Virus record (IMG/VR): IMGVR_UViG_3300029906_000008
Location: 1 to 64,000 of that record
Direction: 5' to 3' (one strand)
Source: a virus
Taxonomy: Duplodnaviria > Caudoviricetes
DNA: 64,000 nt
Shown: positions 18,967 through 28,897 of the stretch, in pieces
Numbering within the stretch: the first letter of the stretch is position 1
Layout: every line of letters begins with the position of its first letter
Notes under the pieces: generated by a model
The model's input: the letters and a program-made list of their open reading frames with translations, nothing else
Told to the model about the DNA's origin: nothing
Database searches by the model: none
Program-made: the position numbers and the translations under genes

Positions 18967-19505
18967 CTGCTCTTACCGTCAATGATTCTCTGTAATTCAC
19001 CCCTGGCATTGTTTCTTACCTGATTGTATGTGTCGGTGAGAACGTCAAGGTCATGCTCTTTCTCCAGATATCCGGAATACTCCGTTCCGGTGGTGACAAC
19101 CATCCCTGCGCCTCCACGGGGCTTAGTGTCCGACAGCTGCTGCCGCGACAGGTCCATGCCGTGAGGACGGACTGCGATATCTACCGCTCCGACAACCTCC
19201 CTCGGCCAACCCTCGACAGGATTATTGAGACGGACGGTCTCGCCTTTCTCAATCTTGTCATGAACAACGGGAGCTGTCCCGTCAGATACAGTATCTATAA
19301 GCTCCCCGTTGTCATATACTCCGGCCGCATAGGATGACACCGTGTTTCCCGTGAACTGAACGAACTCCCTGTTCTCGTCAGCCGCCTCGACCACTTTCGG
19401 GGCGTACTGCCTTACAGCGGAGACGAAAGACTCCCTCACCGCCTTTTGCAGTATCTTCCTTATCTGCGCCTTTGCGCCCGACTTGCCCAGGTCTATTCCT
19501 TTCAT
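18963..19505 (-). CDS. Neck protein (HK97 gp10-like)
   Basis: Likely start ATG 19505 (MKGIDL); 'TGNTVSSY' and 'GTEYSGYLE' patterns; synteny. Confidence 0.55.
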   Translation of the reverse strand: MKGIDLGKSGAKAQIRKILQKAVRESFVSAVRQYAPKVVEAADENREFVQFTGNTVSSYAAGVYDNGELIDTVSDGTAPVVHDKIEKGETVRLNNPVEGWPREVVGAVDIAVRPHGMDLSRQQLSDTKPRGGAGMVVTTGTEYSGYLEKEHDLDVLTDTYNQVRNNARGELQRIIDGKSR

Positions 19506-19509
19506 GTCA

Positions 19510-19821
19510 TCAGTTGCTTGTGTCGTTCCACCAGATGTTGGTTCCGAAATTCGTATCGTAGGAGTCCTTGACGTAGCCCCTCCGCACGGCATTGCCCTCG
19601 TAGACAGTAATCAAATCCTTTTTATGAATGGAGAAGTCCGCCCGTGGCATGGCTATGATGTAATCGCTTACAATCACGCCCTTGCTGTCCTTGACCACCT
19701 GATTGCGGTAGTTGCGGCACTTGCCGTCATAGACCACTGTCTTGACCGGCTCCTCGAATGATGAACCGCCCTCGCTGCGCTCTATAACCACCCTGTGCGG
19801 GAATCTCGGATTCAGCGTCAT
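19510..19821 (-). CDS. Head closure/head-tail adaptor
   Basis: 'RFPHRVVIER' start and synteny. Confidence 0.55.
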   Translation of the reverse strand: MTLNPRFPHRVVIERSEGGSSFEEPVKTVVYDGKCRNYRNQVVKDSKGVIVSDYIIAMPRADFSIHKKDLITVYEGNAVRRGYVKDSYDTNFGTNIWWNDTSN

Positions 19822-20171
19822 AAGTACTTGATTTTAAAGTCTGCTGCTGTGCTCTCCTGCGGAGGCTCCTCGCCGTACCTGCTGTATATGCTGTAAGCCA
19901 ACTCCCTGAAATTGCGCTTGTCATAGGCCGACGTCTCCCATCCTCCGTCCGAATGCTTCCATCCTCCGTCGGCATCGGAGACAGTGCCTTTCTTCGAGGG
20001 GGTCGCCGCGCACCACAGATACAGGTCTGCGGTGCACAGCTCCTTTGTCCTCTTGTCAAGCTCGGCGGTGTCCGTGCCCTCCCTCAGCCCTCTGTCGTCA
20101 AGAATGACGGAGATGGCCGAATCAGGCACGTCCATGCCCACTTTACCTTTCAGGTAGTCCTCTATCAGCAT
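19818..20171 (-). CDS. Head-tail connector protein
   Basis: Directly downstream of the capsid gene; helical, 117 aa. Confidence 0.55.
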   Translation of the reverse strand: MLIEDYLKGKVGMDVPDSAISVILDDRGLREGTDTAELDKRTKELCTADLYLWCAATPSKKGTVSDADGGWKHSDGGWETSAYDKRNFRELAYSIYSRYGEEPPQESTAADFKIKYL

Positions 20172-20183
20172 ACGCGGTACGGA

Positions 20184-21386
20184 TTAGGATGCGGCCTCGT
20201 TCACTGACAGATACAGTGTCCTCTGAATAGCATACGGCACGGGTACGCAGATGGACTCGGCTGAGAACTTCTCACCCTTCTTGTCCAGATCCTGCATGAT
20301 GGCGATAGCACCGCCCTCCGTGTAGTATATGGGGGTCATGGCAGTGGAGAAGATATTGGTGATTCTCTTCCACTGAAGTTCCCCGAACTTGCCTGCCGGA
20401 CGCAGCACGACGGTATTCTCGTCGAAAGCCGATACCGGCACGTCCTCGATGGCCATGTTGTCCTTGTCAAGGGCCTGCACGAAGCCGTAGTACTCCACAA
20501 TCTCCACATGAGGGAGCTTCCTGGCGTCAAGATAGGCGTTGAGGTCATCCTGTCCTACGGTGTAGTACTTGACATTGGCCTCGTCCATCATGTAGCCGTT
20601 CTTGTACATGGCAATCCTCGTCTTGGTGTCCTTGTGGTTAACAAACACCTCATAGGCAGACCTCGACATCCTGAACACGTTCTGTGACGGGGTGGCCGAC
20701 AGGATTCTCTTGTTCCATGCGTAGTAGTACATGTCCTCCAGATCCCCGAGGGGAGACGCGCCCTCGTCACTCCAGGCCTTCTTCACGCCCAGATTGTGGC
20801 TTCCGAAGCCGAAGCCTCCGCACTTCTTGCGGTTCTCGGCCAAAGGATGCATGTCAATCTTGAGATTGGTGATGCCTCCGTTGTTGTTGAGCTTGGACGA
20901 GGTGTAGTATCCAAGGGACTCTATCTGGAATCCTGTGAATGTCCTCTGCGAGTGCACGGCCTTGATGATGGTATCGAAGTCAACCATCAGTGAATTGTAC
21001 ACCCTGTCGGAGAGAGGGCCTACCTCGCGCTCGAATTTGAGCGCATCCTCGTATGACTTCGTGGAAAAGAAGTGACCCTGGCCCATTCTCGGGATGTCTC
21101 CTATCATCTTCTCGAAGCCCTTGTTGGCTACAACGGGAGTCTCCGCGTCATCGGCGAGATAGGTGGCCATAATCGGAACTACGGCATTGCCTATCTTCTG
21201 CTCGAAAGTGCCTGCGGGGTTCTCATTGGAGGCAAGGCTGTACACCTCCTTCCATTTCTCCTCGTCATACCAGTAATTAGGAGCCTCCCTTATCCATGCC
21301 TCAAGGCTGGAGTAGCCCTTCATGGCTACGGCCCCTGTCGCGAGCCTGTAAAACTCGCTGCTGTATAATCCCTGCGGTAATGGCAT
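20184..21386 (-). CDS. Major capsid protein
   Basis: 400 aa, follows scaffold and decoration genes, upstream of neck genes. Confidence 0.75.
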   Translation of the reverse strand: MPLPQGLYSSEFYRLATGAVAMKGYSSLEAWIREAPNYWYDEEKWKEVYSLASNENPAGTFEQKIGNAVVPIMATYLADDAETPVVANKGFEKMIGDIPRMGQGHFFSTKSYEDALKFEREVGPLSDRVYNSLMVDFDTIIKAVHSQRTFTGFQIESLGYYTSSKLNNNGGITNLKIDMHPLAENRKKCGGFGFGSHNLGVKKAWSDEGASPLGDLEDMYYYAWNKRILSATPSQNVFRMSRSAYEVFVNHKDTKTRIAMYKNGYMMDEANVKYYTVGQDDLNAYLDARKLPHVEIVEYYGFVQALDKDNMAIEDVPVSAFDENTVVLRPAGKFGELQWKRITNIFSTAMTPIYYTEGGAIAIMQDLDKKGEKFSAESICVPVPYAIQRTLYLSVNEAAS

Positions 21387-21397
21387 ACTCTTTCCTC

Positions 21398-22054
21398 CTA
21401 TTCCTTAGTCTCGTTAAACATTTCCCATACGAGCAGAATGCCGTCATTGAGGGCGGCAAGAACGATGTCCGGTATGGGGTTGATAGTGTTCCTGAATGCG
21501 TGGACGATGCCGTAGGGCACGTCTACGAGAGTGTAGTTGTTACCTCCGACAGTATCCTCAGTAGAGAGAACATTGGGAGTGCAGTACATCTTGGCGGACG
21601 CTCCGGCGGACGCTGCCTCGCACAGGTAATCACCTTCGGAGATACTGTCCACATCAGCTGTCGTCACCACGATGCTGTAACCTCCGTCCGTCTCCGTCAC
21701 GGCACCTGCGGCAACCGCCTTGCCTGTGCCCGAGAGTGAGGCCGGAAGCTTCATGACAACGGTAGCCGCGTCAATCCTCGGAGTTATGGCGGTCTTCTCC
21801 AGCACTATGGTGGACTTCCCTGAATCGGGAGTATCGGCAGTGATGGACTTCACCTTCCATATCTTCAGGAACTTCGCGGTGTTGTCGGCAAGCGAGTACT
21901 CAAAGGGTGTCCCGGCGTGAACCACCTCGCCTTGCGCGAGTGTATTGAGCACCATGGCACCGTTGATACGGTACTTGCACGCGCTTACGAGAAACGGCAG
22001 AGAGCCGCCCACCTTCATTGAGTAGCTTGAAGAAGAGTTGTGTAACTTCTGCAT
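21398..22054 (-). CDS. Head decoration protein
   Basis: Between scaffold and capsid genes; beta-rich. Confidence 0.5.
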   Translation of the reverse strand: MQKLHNSSSSYSMKVGGSLPFLVSACKYRINGAMVLNTLAQGEVVHAGTPFEYSLADNTAKFLKIWKVKSITADTPDSGKSTIVLEKTAITPRIDAATVVMKLPASLSGTGKAVAAGAVTETDGGYSIVVTTADVDSISEGDYLCEAASAGASAKMYCTPNVLSTEDTVGGNNYTLVDVPYGIVHAFRNTINPIPDIVLAALNDGILLVWEMFNETKE

Positions 22055-22066
22055 TTTTCTTCCTGA

Positions 22067-22747
22067 TTAGTATGAGGGACCGCTTTCCCTGATTCGCTTC
22101 ATGTCCGCCCTTGACTGCTCGGCCCTGTCCTTCTCCGACACTGACGCGACCGATACCGAAGACAACGCCTCCACTGCCGACAGCGGAGAGGGAGTGACCC
22201 TCTTGCTGACCCTTGTGTCGTACTCCCCTTTCAGGGATTTTACGTTGTCCTCGACGCTCTTCGAGAGGTCTACGCCGTACTTGAGCACGACAAGCTCCCT
22301 CATGTCGTCGTCAGAGCATCCTGACTGCTTCATGAAATCGCTCACCTTGGAGATGAACTCTTTCCTGCGCGTCTCTTCCTCGGACTTTCTCCGTGTGTCC
22401 TCATAGTCCTTCTTGAACTTGTCGAGGTCTTCCAGTTTCTTCCTGAACTCCTCCAGGACACGTCTCTCGTCATCGGACATTCTTGAATCCTCCGGCCTGG
22501 CCGATCCTTTGCCGCCGGTCTTACGCGCAAGCTGTTCTTCAACCTGCGTCTTCACGTCATGGCTGTACTGACCCTCGATGTCCCTCAAATCACCGACAGC
22601 GTCCTCTATGATTTCATCCGTGATGTCACTCTCGGAGGACAGCTTTTTGGCGATTCTCGCGGCCTTGGCCCGCACAGTTCTGTCGGAAAGCTGGGTCTTT
22701 CCCAACTTGGCGACGATAAGTCCAAAGATTTTTTCTTCTAACTCCAT
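22067..22747 (-). CDS. Capsid scaffolding protein
   Basis: Highly charged coiled coil, first large gene of the head operon. Confidence 0.6.
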   Translation of the reverse strand: MELEEKIFGLIVAKLGKTQLSDRTVRAKAARIAKKLSSESDITDEIIEDAVGDLRDIEGQYSHDVKTQVEEQLARKTGGKGSARPEDSRMSDDERRVLEEFRKKLEDLDKFKKDYEDTRRKSEEETRRKEFISKVSDFMKQSGCSDDDMRELVVLKYGVDLSKSVEDNVKSLKGEYDTRVSKRVTPSPLSAVEALSSVSVASVSEKDRAEQSRADMKRIRESGPSY

Positions 22748-22829
22748 ATCTGATAATCAATTGATTGCAAAACAAAATAGCCCGGCAATCCTATACGGAC
22801 TGTCGGGCTATCCCCTTACTATTTTAAAA

Positions 22830-23000
22830 CTATGTGCTTCCCAGTCTTATCCCGTGTATCTTCCTGCAATGGCGGCAGTAGATGCTTATCCGCACCTTGC
22901 CGTCTCCTCCGAGCATCCTGAACAGAGGGGAACCGCATACGGGACACCTTACCATATCCCCTTTCAGACTTCCTCTCTCTCCGGACGCATCCTCACACAT
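22830..23000 (-). CDS. Small zinc-finger protein (Com-like)
   Basis: CPVC...CRHC; likely start ATG 23000 because the ORF-track start overlaps the promoter. Confidence 0.55.
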   Translation of the reverse strand: MCEDASGERGSLKGDMVRCPVCGSPLFRMLGGDGKVRISIYCRHCRKIHGIRLGST

Positions 23001-23027
23001 ATAGAAGAACACGTCTTTCATCAACGG

Positions 23028-23086
23028 CAAATATATAAATTAAATTCCTATTAAACAACAACTTTAAATAAAAATATTTATCTTTG
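23028..23086. promoter_or_regulatory. Divergent promoter pair for the capsid/tail operon and the terminase/portal operon
   Basis: TATATTTG on minus (23028-23035) and TATCTTTG on plus (23079-23086) in an AT-rich gap. Confidence 0.55.
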
Positions 23087-23157
23087 TGATACACAATAAG
23101 TTGTTTGAAGAATTGATTAAAATTTAATAAAAATTATAGCAGTTTTTACAACTCTGT

Positions 23158-25590
23158 GTGACAGACGTTTGCGCAGCAATGGTAAATCTTTGTGAAGAAA
23201 AATATGACCCTGTTTTCGCATCATTCGGAATTGATGCGCTCTCCCACGGCTATGCGGAATCCATAAGAAGCCGCAATCTGGAGACGAATCCCTCGTTGAT
23301 GAGGAACTGGATACCGCAGGCCGGATTCCAGGAAAGCGTGCTGTGCAACGACGCGGACATACTCATCATCGGAGGACGCAGGGGCGGAGGCAAGATGCAG
23401 CCGCTACATTCCAAGGTGCTCACGCCTGACGGCTTCGTGCCCATGCGTGACATACATATTGGTTCCATAGTCACCAATCCTACTGACGGAGGAGCGCAGA
23501 GAGTCGTGAGCGTCTCCGACCATAAGGACAAGGATATATATAAAGTGCTGTTCTCCGATGGCAGTGAGGTGGAGTGCGGAATGGAGCATCTGTGGAAAGT
23601 GTATATGCAGGAGCCGGATGGAGAGATGTCAGAGCGGGTGCTGACTCTTGCGGAGATAACAGGCATCATGGAACGGGGGCTTACGGACATATACGTACCG
23701 ATGACGCACGCCGTGGAGTTCTCCGCAAAGGACAGAATACGCTCGCCGTACCTGATAGGGCGCAGGGCCGCGACTGCGGATACGGACATGCTCTCCGGTC
23801 TTGTCATGTCGTCCGTAAAGGACAGGACGGAAATCATAAGGGGCGTGGCGGACGTATGCGGACAGCGCGACAGGGCCTCCGACCTGCATCTGTATCTCAG
23901 GAGCGAAGCCTGCACGGACTCCCTGGTTTTCATCTACCGCTCCCTCGGCTACTTCGTCAGGACAGGCAGGCGCAACGGGATGGCGCATATCGCCATAAGG
24001 ACATCAGACACATGGAGACTGTTCAAGAACATGAGACACATGTCCAGAGGTCTGCGCATGGAGAACAGGAACATGAAGCGCATTGTCGGCGTGGATTACT
24101 CAGGACGCATGGACGCAAGATGCATACAGGTTGACGGAATAACGCCGCTGTACATAACCGACGGCTTCACCGTAACGCACAACAGCACGGTCATGCTGCT
24201 TGCACCGGCGAGAAACATAGACAACCCCAATTTCAGCTGCATCATCTTCCGCAAGCAGGAGGACGAGATCAAGTCGGGACTGCTGAAGGAATCAAAGAAG
24301 ATATACACCAATGTCGGCAGACTCAGGGAAGTGGAGATGGAATGGGTGTTCCCGAGCGGAGCCACCATACGCTTCGAGCACCTTCAGGATGAGTCAAAGG
24401 TGGCTGACAGATTCAGGGGCATCAACATCCCCATGATACTCATCGACGAGATACAGCTGCTCAGATACCAGACCGTGTTCGACCTGCTCGCCTCCAACCG
24501 TAACGCCAGCGGCATACGGTGCCAGTTCATAGGCTCGTGCAACCCCGTGGAGGCCGACCACTGGCTGATGAAAATGGTGGACTGGTATATAGACAATGAG
24601 GGTGATGTGATTCCGGAGAGGAACGGGAGGAAGCGATATTTCTACAAATACGGAGAGGACATCAATGACATCCACTGGGGAGACAGCAAGGAGGAGGTGT
24701 ATGCCAAGGCCAAGGACGACATAGCCCGCGTGCTTGACGAGAAGACGATACAGGCCGGACTGGGATGGGAGAACATGATAAACTCCATCTGCTTCATCGA
24801 GGGGCTGTATGCCGAGAACAAGATATTCATAAAGAACGACCCCAACTACGTCGGCAACCTCATACAGCAGGGAGGTGAGAAGGCAATCAGGGACTTCACA
24901 GGCAAATGGGGACGCAACGGAAGCGTAGGCAACTGCGAGATTTCAGCCGAGGACTTCATGAAGCTGCGCACCAATCCGCAGATACGCACAGGCGTACACT
25001 ATGCCGTGGCCGATGTGGCACTGTCCAAGAACGAGTTCATAATCGGGGCCTTTGACGGATACGTGCTGTACGATGTGGAATGTATGGTGGGGGTAGGCTC
25101 CGAGACGGCGGCGGCGAGGGTGCGCGAGTTCCTGAGAAAGCATCATGTACAGGAGCGCAACTTCGCCTTTGACAGCGACGGCATAGGCCAGTACCTGAAA
25201 GAGCCTTTCCACTCCGACATCGGAGGGGCGTTCGCGTTCAACAACAACTCCGCCTCCAGCGACAGGCAGGTGTGGTACAACCTTAAATCAGAATGCATCG
25301 ACAAGATGATACTGAATATCAGGGAGGAGCGTCTGAGCGTCACTGATGAGGTGTGGAACAGGAAAATGCCTGACGGCAGCACTTTCGGAGAGCATCTGAG
25401 ACGGCAGCGCAAGGTGCTTGTCAAGAAGACCAACACCACCAAGAACCAGTATATACCCAAGATTGAGATGAAGAGGATGCTCGGAGGAGGCAAGTCCCCC
25501 GACGAGATGGACATGCTGACGATGTTTCAGGTGTTCCAGATATTCAAGCCGAAAGGCAACTATCACGGACTAAGTTATTTGAAGTTATGA
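23158..25590 (+). CDS. terL: Terminase large subunit, intein-containing
   Basis: Walker A GGRRGGGK|S, Walker B 'ILIDEIQ', 'GSCNP', C-terminal nuclease 'VADVA...FDSDGIG...SPDEMD'. Confidence 0.92.
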   Translation: MTDVCAAMVNLCEEKYDPVFASFGIDALSHGYAESIRSRNLETNPSLMRNWIPQAGFQESVLCNDADILIIGGRRGGGKMQPLHSKVLTPDGFVPMRDIHIGSIVTNPTDGGAQRVVSVSDHKDKDIYKVLFSDGSEVECGMEHLWKVYMQEPDGEMSERVLTLAEITGIMERGLTDIYVPMTHAVEFSAKDRIRSPYLIGRRAATADTDMLSGLVMSSVKDRTEIIRGVADVCGQRDRASDLHLYLRSEACTDSLVFIYRSLGYFVRTGRRNGMAHIAIRTSDTWRLFKNMRHMSRGLRMENRNMKRIVGVDYSGRMDARCIQVDGITPLYITDGFTVTHNSTVMLLAPARNIDNPNFSCIIFRKQEDEIKSGLLKESKKIYTNVGRLREVEMEWVFPSGATIRFEHLQDESKVADRFRGINIPMILIDEIQLLRYQTVFDLLASNRNASGIRCQFIGSCNPVEADHWLMKMVDWYIDNEGDVIPERNGRKRYFYKYGEDINDIHWGDSKEEVYAKAKDDIARVLDEKTIQAGLGWENMINSICFIEGLYAENKIFIKNDPNYVGNLIQQGGEKAIRDFTGKWGRNGSVGNCEISAEDFMKLRTNPQIRTGVHYAVADVALSKNEFIIGAFDGYVLYDVECMVGVGSETAAARVREFLRKHHVQERNFAFDSDGIGQYLKEPFHSDIGGAFAFNNNSASSDRQVWYNLKSECIDKMILNIREERLSVTDEVWNRKMPDGSTFGEHLRRQRKVLVKKTNTTKNQYIPKIEMKRMLGGGKSPDEMDMLTMFQVFQIFKPKGNYHGLSYLKL
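23395..24183 (+). mobile_element. Intein (263 aa), class-3-like, with a degenerate homing endonuclease
   Basis: Starts MQPLHSKVLTPDG, block B 'ECGMEHLW', block F 'ARCIQVD', ends 'VTHN' followed by Ser; removal restores GGGKS. Confidence 0.9.
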
Positions 25591-27140
25591 GCAGAATAGA
25601 CAGAAACCTACTTGTTGTCGAGCCGTACAGGAGGATAAGGCCGACAGGAGAGCTGCCGTTCCCCGTGGACTACGGCATGGGCAGCATTGTAACCGAGGTC
25701 GAGGGAGGCTACAGCCCCACATACGACCTTGTACCCCGCTCGGAGTTCCTGCGCGAGCTGTATCCGTCAGGACACAAGATAAACTCACCGCTGTATTATC
25801 CTGACGAGTACAAGCAGGTGGAGATAAAGTATCAGGCGGAAGACGGCACCACCAAGACAAGGCAGCAGTGGGTCAAGCAGAAGGTGGACAGGGTGGCCGT
25901 GCCGTTCCAGTACATCATCAAGACGCAGCACAACATCCATCTGTGCGGCAACAACATCATGTTCCGTGACTCCAACCACAATCCGTCGGACGAGGACAAG
26001 GATATCCTCGTGGAGTTCAAGCAGCTGTGGCTGGACAGGAACATGGAGTCGCATTTCTATGCGTGCGTGGACAGCGAGCACAGCACGGGAGACTGCCTCA
26101 TAGTGTTCTATTTCGATGCCAGGAAGAGGATCAGGGCACGCACCTACTCCTACCTTGACGGATATACGATATGCCGTCCCGTATATGATCCTCTGACTGG
26201 CGAGCCGCTGGCGCAGGCCATGAAGTACTTCAGTTACGACGAGAAGGACAAGGCGGTGTGCGAGTATGTTGATGTGTGGGACACGAGGAAGTTCATGCGT
26301 CTCAAACGCAGCTACAAGGGCATAGGCGCACTGTACGGGAGCGTCATGGAATCCCTCGGGCTTCAGGGATATACGGTGGACATAAAGCCCACCGAGCACG
26401 GATTCCCGTTCCTGCCGCTGGCCTACAAGCGCAACCGCATAGGTCCGGCATGGTCGAACTCCCAGCACCTGTGCGACACCTACGACCTCGGACTGTCACA
26501 GGCGTGCCGCAACAACCGCACCCTCAGCACCGCCATCGTGTTCCTCGCGGGAGGCGACGCTGATGTAAAGGGCATGGCCGACGGCAGACCCTACGCCATC
26601 GTGTCCAATGACAGCAGCGCGAAAGCCGAGATACTCACCTACAACGATACCAGCACCGCCTTTGACAGCACGCTCAAGACCATCAAGGACAACATCTTCC
26701 TCGGTTCGTTCACAGTCATGCCTCCGGAGGTGCGCAGCGGAGACCTGCCCGGCATAGCGATAAAGCTCATCTACTCCCCGTCCCTCGACAAGGCCATGGA
26801 CGAGGCCAAGGCATGGGACTCTTTCGTTGACCGCATGACCATGTGCTTCAAGTACGGGATGGGTGTGGAGACGGGCAGGGTATCGGATATGGACAGGATG
26901 AGAATAAACGGCACGATTGTGCCTTATGTCCATGAGAACACCACAGAGCTTATATCCAACATCTGCCAGGCCAAGCTGGCCGGGATAATGTCAGTGGAAA
27001 CAGCCTCCAACCGCAATCCGTACAGCGCGAACGACGAGTTCAACATGATAAGGAAAGAGCAGCGGGATGAGAGGGAGCTGGAGGAGCAGGAGACGTCAGG
27101 CATGATAAGGATTACAGAAAACAACAATAACAATCAATAA
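25587..27140 (+). CDS. Portal protein (SPP1-like)
   Basis: 517 aa directly after terL; 'SGDLPGIAIKL' and 'ISVETA'-like C-terminal patterns. Confidence 0.8.
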   Translation: MSRIDRNLLVVEPYRRIRPTGELPFPVDYGMGSIVTEVEGGYSPTYDLVPRSEFLRELYPSGHKINSPLYYPDEYKQVEIKYQAEDGTTKTRQQWVKQKVDRVAVPFQYIIKTQHNIHLCGNNIMFRDSNHNPSDEDKDILVEFKQLWLDRNMESHFYACVDSEHSTGDCLIVFYFDARKRIRARTYSYLDGYTICRPVYDPLTGEPLAQAMKYFSYDEKDKAVCEYVDVWDTRKFMRLKRSYKGIGALYGSVMESLGLQGYTVDIKPTEHGFPFLPLAYKRNRIGPAWSNSQHLCDTYDLGLSQACRNNRTLSTAIVFLAGGDADVKGMADGRPYAIVSNDSSAKAEILTYNDTSTAFDSTLKTIKDNIFLGSFTVMPPEVRSGDLPGIAIKLIYSPSLDKAMDEAKAWDSFVDRMTMCFKYGMGVETGRVSDMDRMRINGTIVPYVHENTTELISNICQAKLAGIMSVETASNRNPYSANDEFNMIRKEQRDERELEEQETSGMIRITENNNNNQ

Positions 27141-27141
27141 T

Positions 27142-27393
27142 ATGGAAAGAGATTTGAAGAAATGCCTTGAATATCTTGGCGTAAAAGGAAAGGGCCGCAG
27201 GGTGAAGGGCCTTACGGACGACGGAGATGTGATAATGGACATCCGCAGGCGCAGCGGAGCGCATGGCTGGGCTGTCGGACGGTGGAACGATGACGAGGGC
27301 AGGTACTCGGTGTGTATGGACCCGGACATAAGTGCCGGTCCCGTACAGGAGGTTGTCTATTACTACAAGCCCAATGACGGAAAGAGAAACTGA
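27142..27393 (+). CDS. Hypothetical protein
   Basis: 83 aa, tightly packed between portal and minor head genes. Confidence 0.5.
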   Translation: MERDLKKCLEYLGVKGKGRRVKGLTDDGDVIMDIRRRSGAHGWAVGRWNDDEGRYSVCMDPDISAGPVQEVVYYYKPNDGKRN

Positions 27394-28111
27394 GGAGCGC
27401 AGGGAGGAGGCAAGGCGGTACATATCCGCACTGGCTTCCCGCATATCAGTCTCCAAGCGCAGTGTAGAGCGGCTGGTGGACGACATAATGGACAGGATAG
27501 CCGCCGCCCTGCTGCGCGGGGAGACAGACCTGTCGGCTTATTTTGATGAGTTCGCAAGGCGGCTCAGGGAGCTGGAGGACAGCATACTGGAGGAGGCGGT
27601 GGCCCTTGCCGTAGCCCGGACAGGAACAAGAGAGGCCGTCTCCGCACTGCTCGCGGAAGCAGCCTCCGGGCTGGACATAGACGGCCCGATAGACAGATAC
27701 ACGCGCATACTGAGGGATGAGACGGACTTCTTCATACGCTCGGGATATCCGGCTCAGGAACTCGGGATGTTCATAAGGAATCCACTCGGATATGAGGGAA
27801 CGCACGGAAAAAATATCTCAGGACTGAAATCCTCCGTCCCTGACGTGGGACGCGGAGTATCATGGAAGACGGGACGCAACACATACGGACTCTTCCTCTA
27901 TACCGGCATGTCCGCGCATAACGGCTCCCTTGCCCGTATATGGGGCAGTGAGGGCAAAAGGGGCTATGTAGGGTTCAGGAACTCATCCTACCCGTGTCCG
28001 TTGTGCGACTCGCTGTGCGGCACGGTGCGGCCATTGTCTCAGATGGTGTTCCCGGCGCACACGCACTGCGTGTGCGGCATATACGAGGTATCACTTGACG
28101 ACCTTGTTTAG
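27332..28111 (+). CDS. Minor head protein (SPP1 gp7/Mu F-like)
   Basis: C-terminal 'CPLCDSLCG...PAHTHCVC'; follows the portal; true start may be about 27375. Confidence 0.65.
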   Translation: MPVPYRRLSITTSPMTERETEERREEARRYISALASRISVSKRSVERLVDDIMDRIAAALLRGETDLSAYFDEFARRLRELEDSILEEAVALAVARTGTREAVSALLAEAASGLDIDGPIDRYTRILRDETDFFIRSGYPAQELGMFIRNPLGYEGTHGKNISGLKSSVPDVGRGVSWKTGRNTYGLFLYTGMSAHNGSLARIWGSEGKRGYVGFRNSSYPCPLCDSLCGTVRPLSQMVFPAHTHCVCGIYEVSLDDLV

Positions 28112-28897
28112 TACTGAGCCGCGTATCCTTACCGCCGGACATGTGCCGCCGGGCACGGCCACTTCCAAATCCCTGTCGGAGAAAGACGGCCTCTCCGCAT
28201 CCCTCCATGCCCGCGCGAACTCCCTGAGCTGCGTGCGGGTGTAGGAGTCGGCATACCTCCACATCCGCAGAGTATCCGTGATGCTGTCCCTGACCCACGT
28301 GAGGCGATGCACTGCGGCGCAGTCAAGTATCTCCACGCTGTCATCCTGGTCGTATATAACCCTGCGGGAGCGGTCAGTCCTGACCGAGTACACGGTCCTG
28401 CGGGTATATCGCAGTCCGCATCTCTGCATGACGGGGACATACTCCACAGGTGTGAGCATACGCACGTCCGGCCATTTCCAGTACTCATGGCAGCGGCAGT
28501 AGGCCGCGTCGAGTCCCTGCGACAGAACCTCCTCCCTTACCCTACCGAACTCCCCGGAGAGCAGTATCTCGTCCCCGTCGAGCAGTGTCACATAGTCATA
28601 TCCGTCCTCGTCGGCCCGCTCCAGAACAAGGTTGCGGCACATCACCTCGGCCCTGCCCGGAGACGACGAGGGCCAGCGCACGCTGGGCCGGAACAGGGCT
28701 GCTCCGGGTGTAGAGGAAACGATGCGGCTCACCTCCCTCTCCACAGGCAGCGGTACAATCTGCCCCGTCCACGACATATACGGCAGGCACACTATGATGC
28801 CGTCGCACAGACCCCGCACCTGCTCCAGCATGACCGGCAGGAAGCGGGCCGTATCAAGGCATATCACCGCAAGAGCCGTCCTCGCCTCACTGTCCAT
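28091..28897 (-). CDS. Glycosyltransferase, GT-A/family 2-like
   Basis: 'CRNLVLERA..GYDYVTLLDGDE' (RN...DxDE) GT-A signature. Confidence 0.7.
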   Translation of the reverse strand: MDSEARTALAVICLDTARFLPVMLEQVRGLCDGIIVCLPYMSWTGQIVPLPVEREVSRIVSSTPGAALFRPSVRWPSSSPGRAEVMCRNLVLERADEDGYDYVTLLDGDEILLSGEFGRVREEVLSQGLDAAYCRCHEYWKWPDVRMLTPVEYVPVMQRCGLRYTRRTVYSVRTDRSRRVIYDQDDSVEILDCAAVHRLTWVRDSITDTLRMWRYADSYTRTQLREFARAWRDAERPSFSDRDLEVAVPGGTCPAVRIRGSVLNKVVK

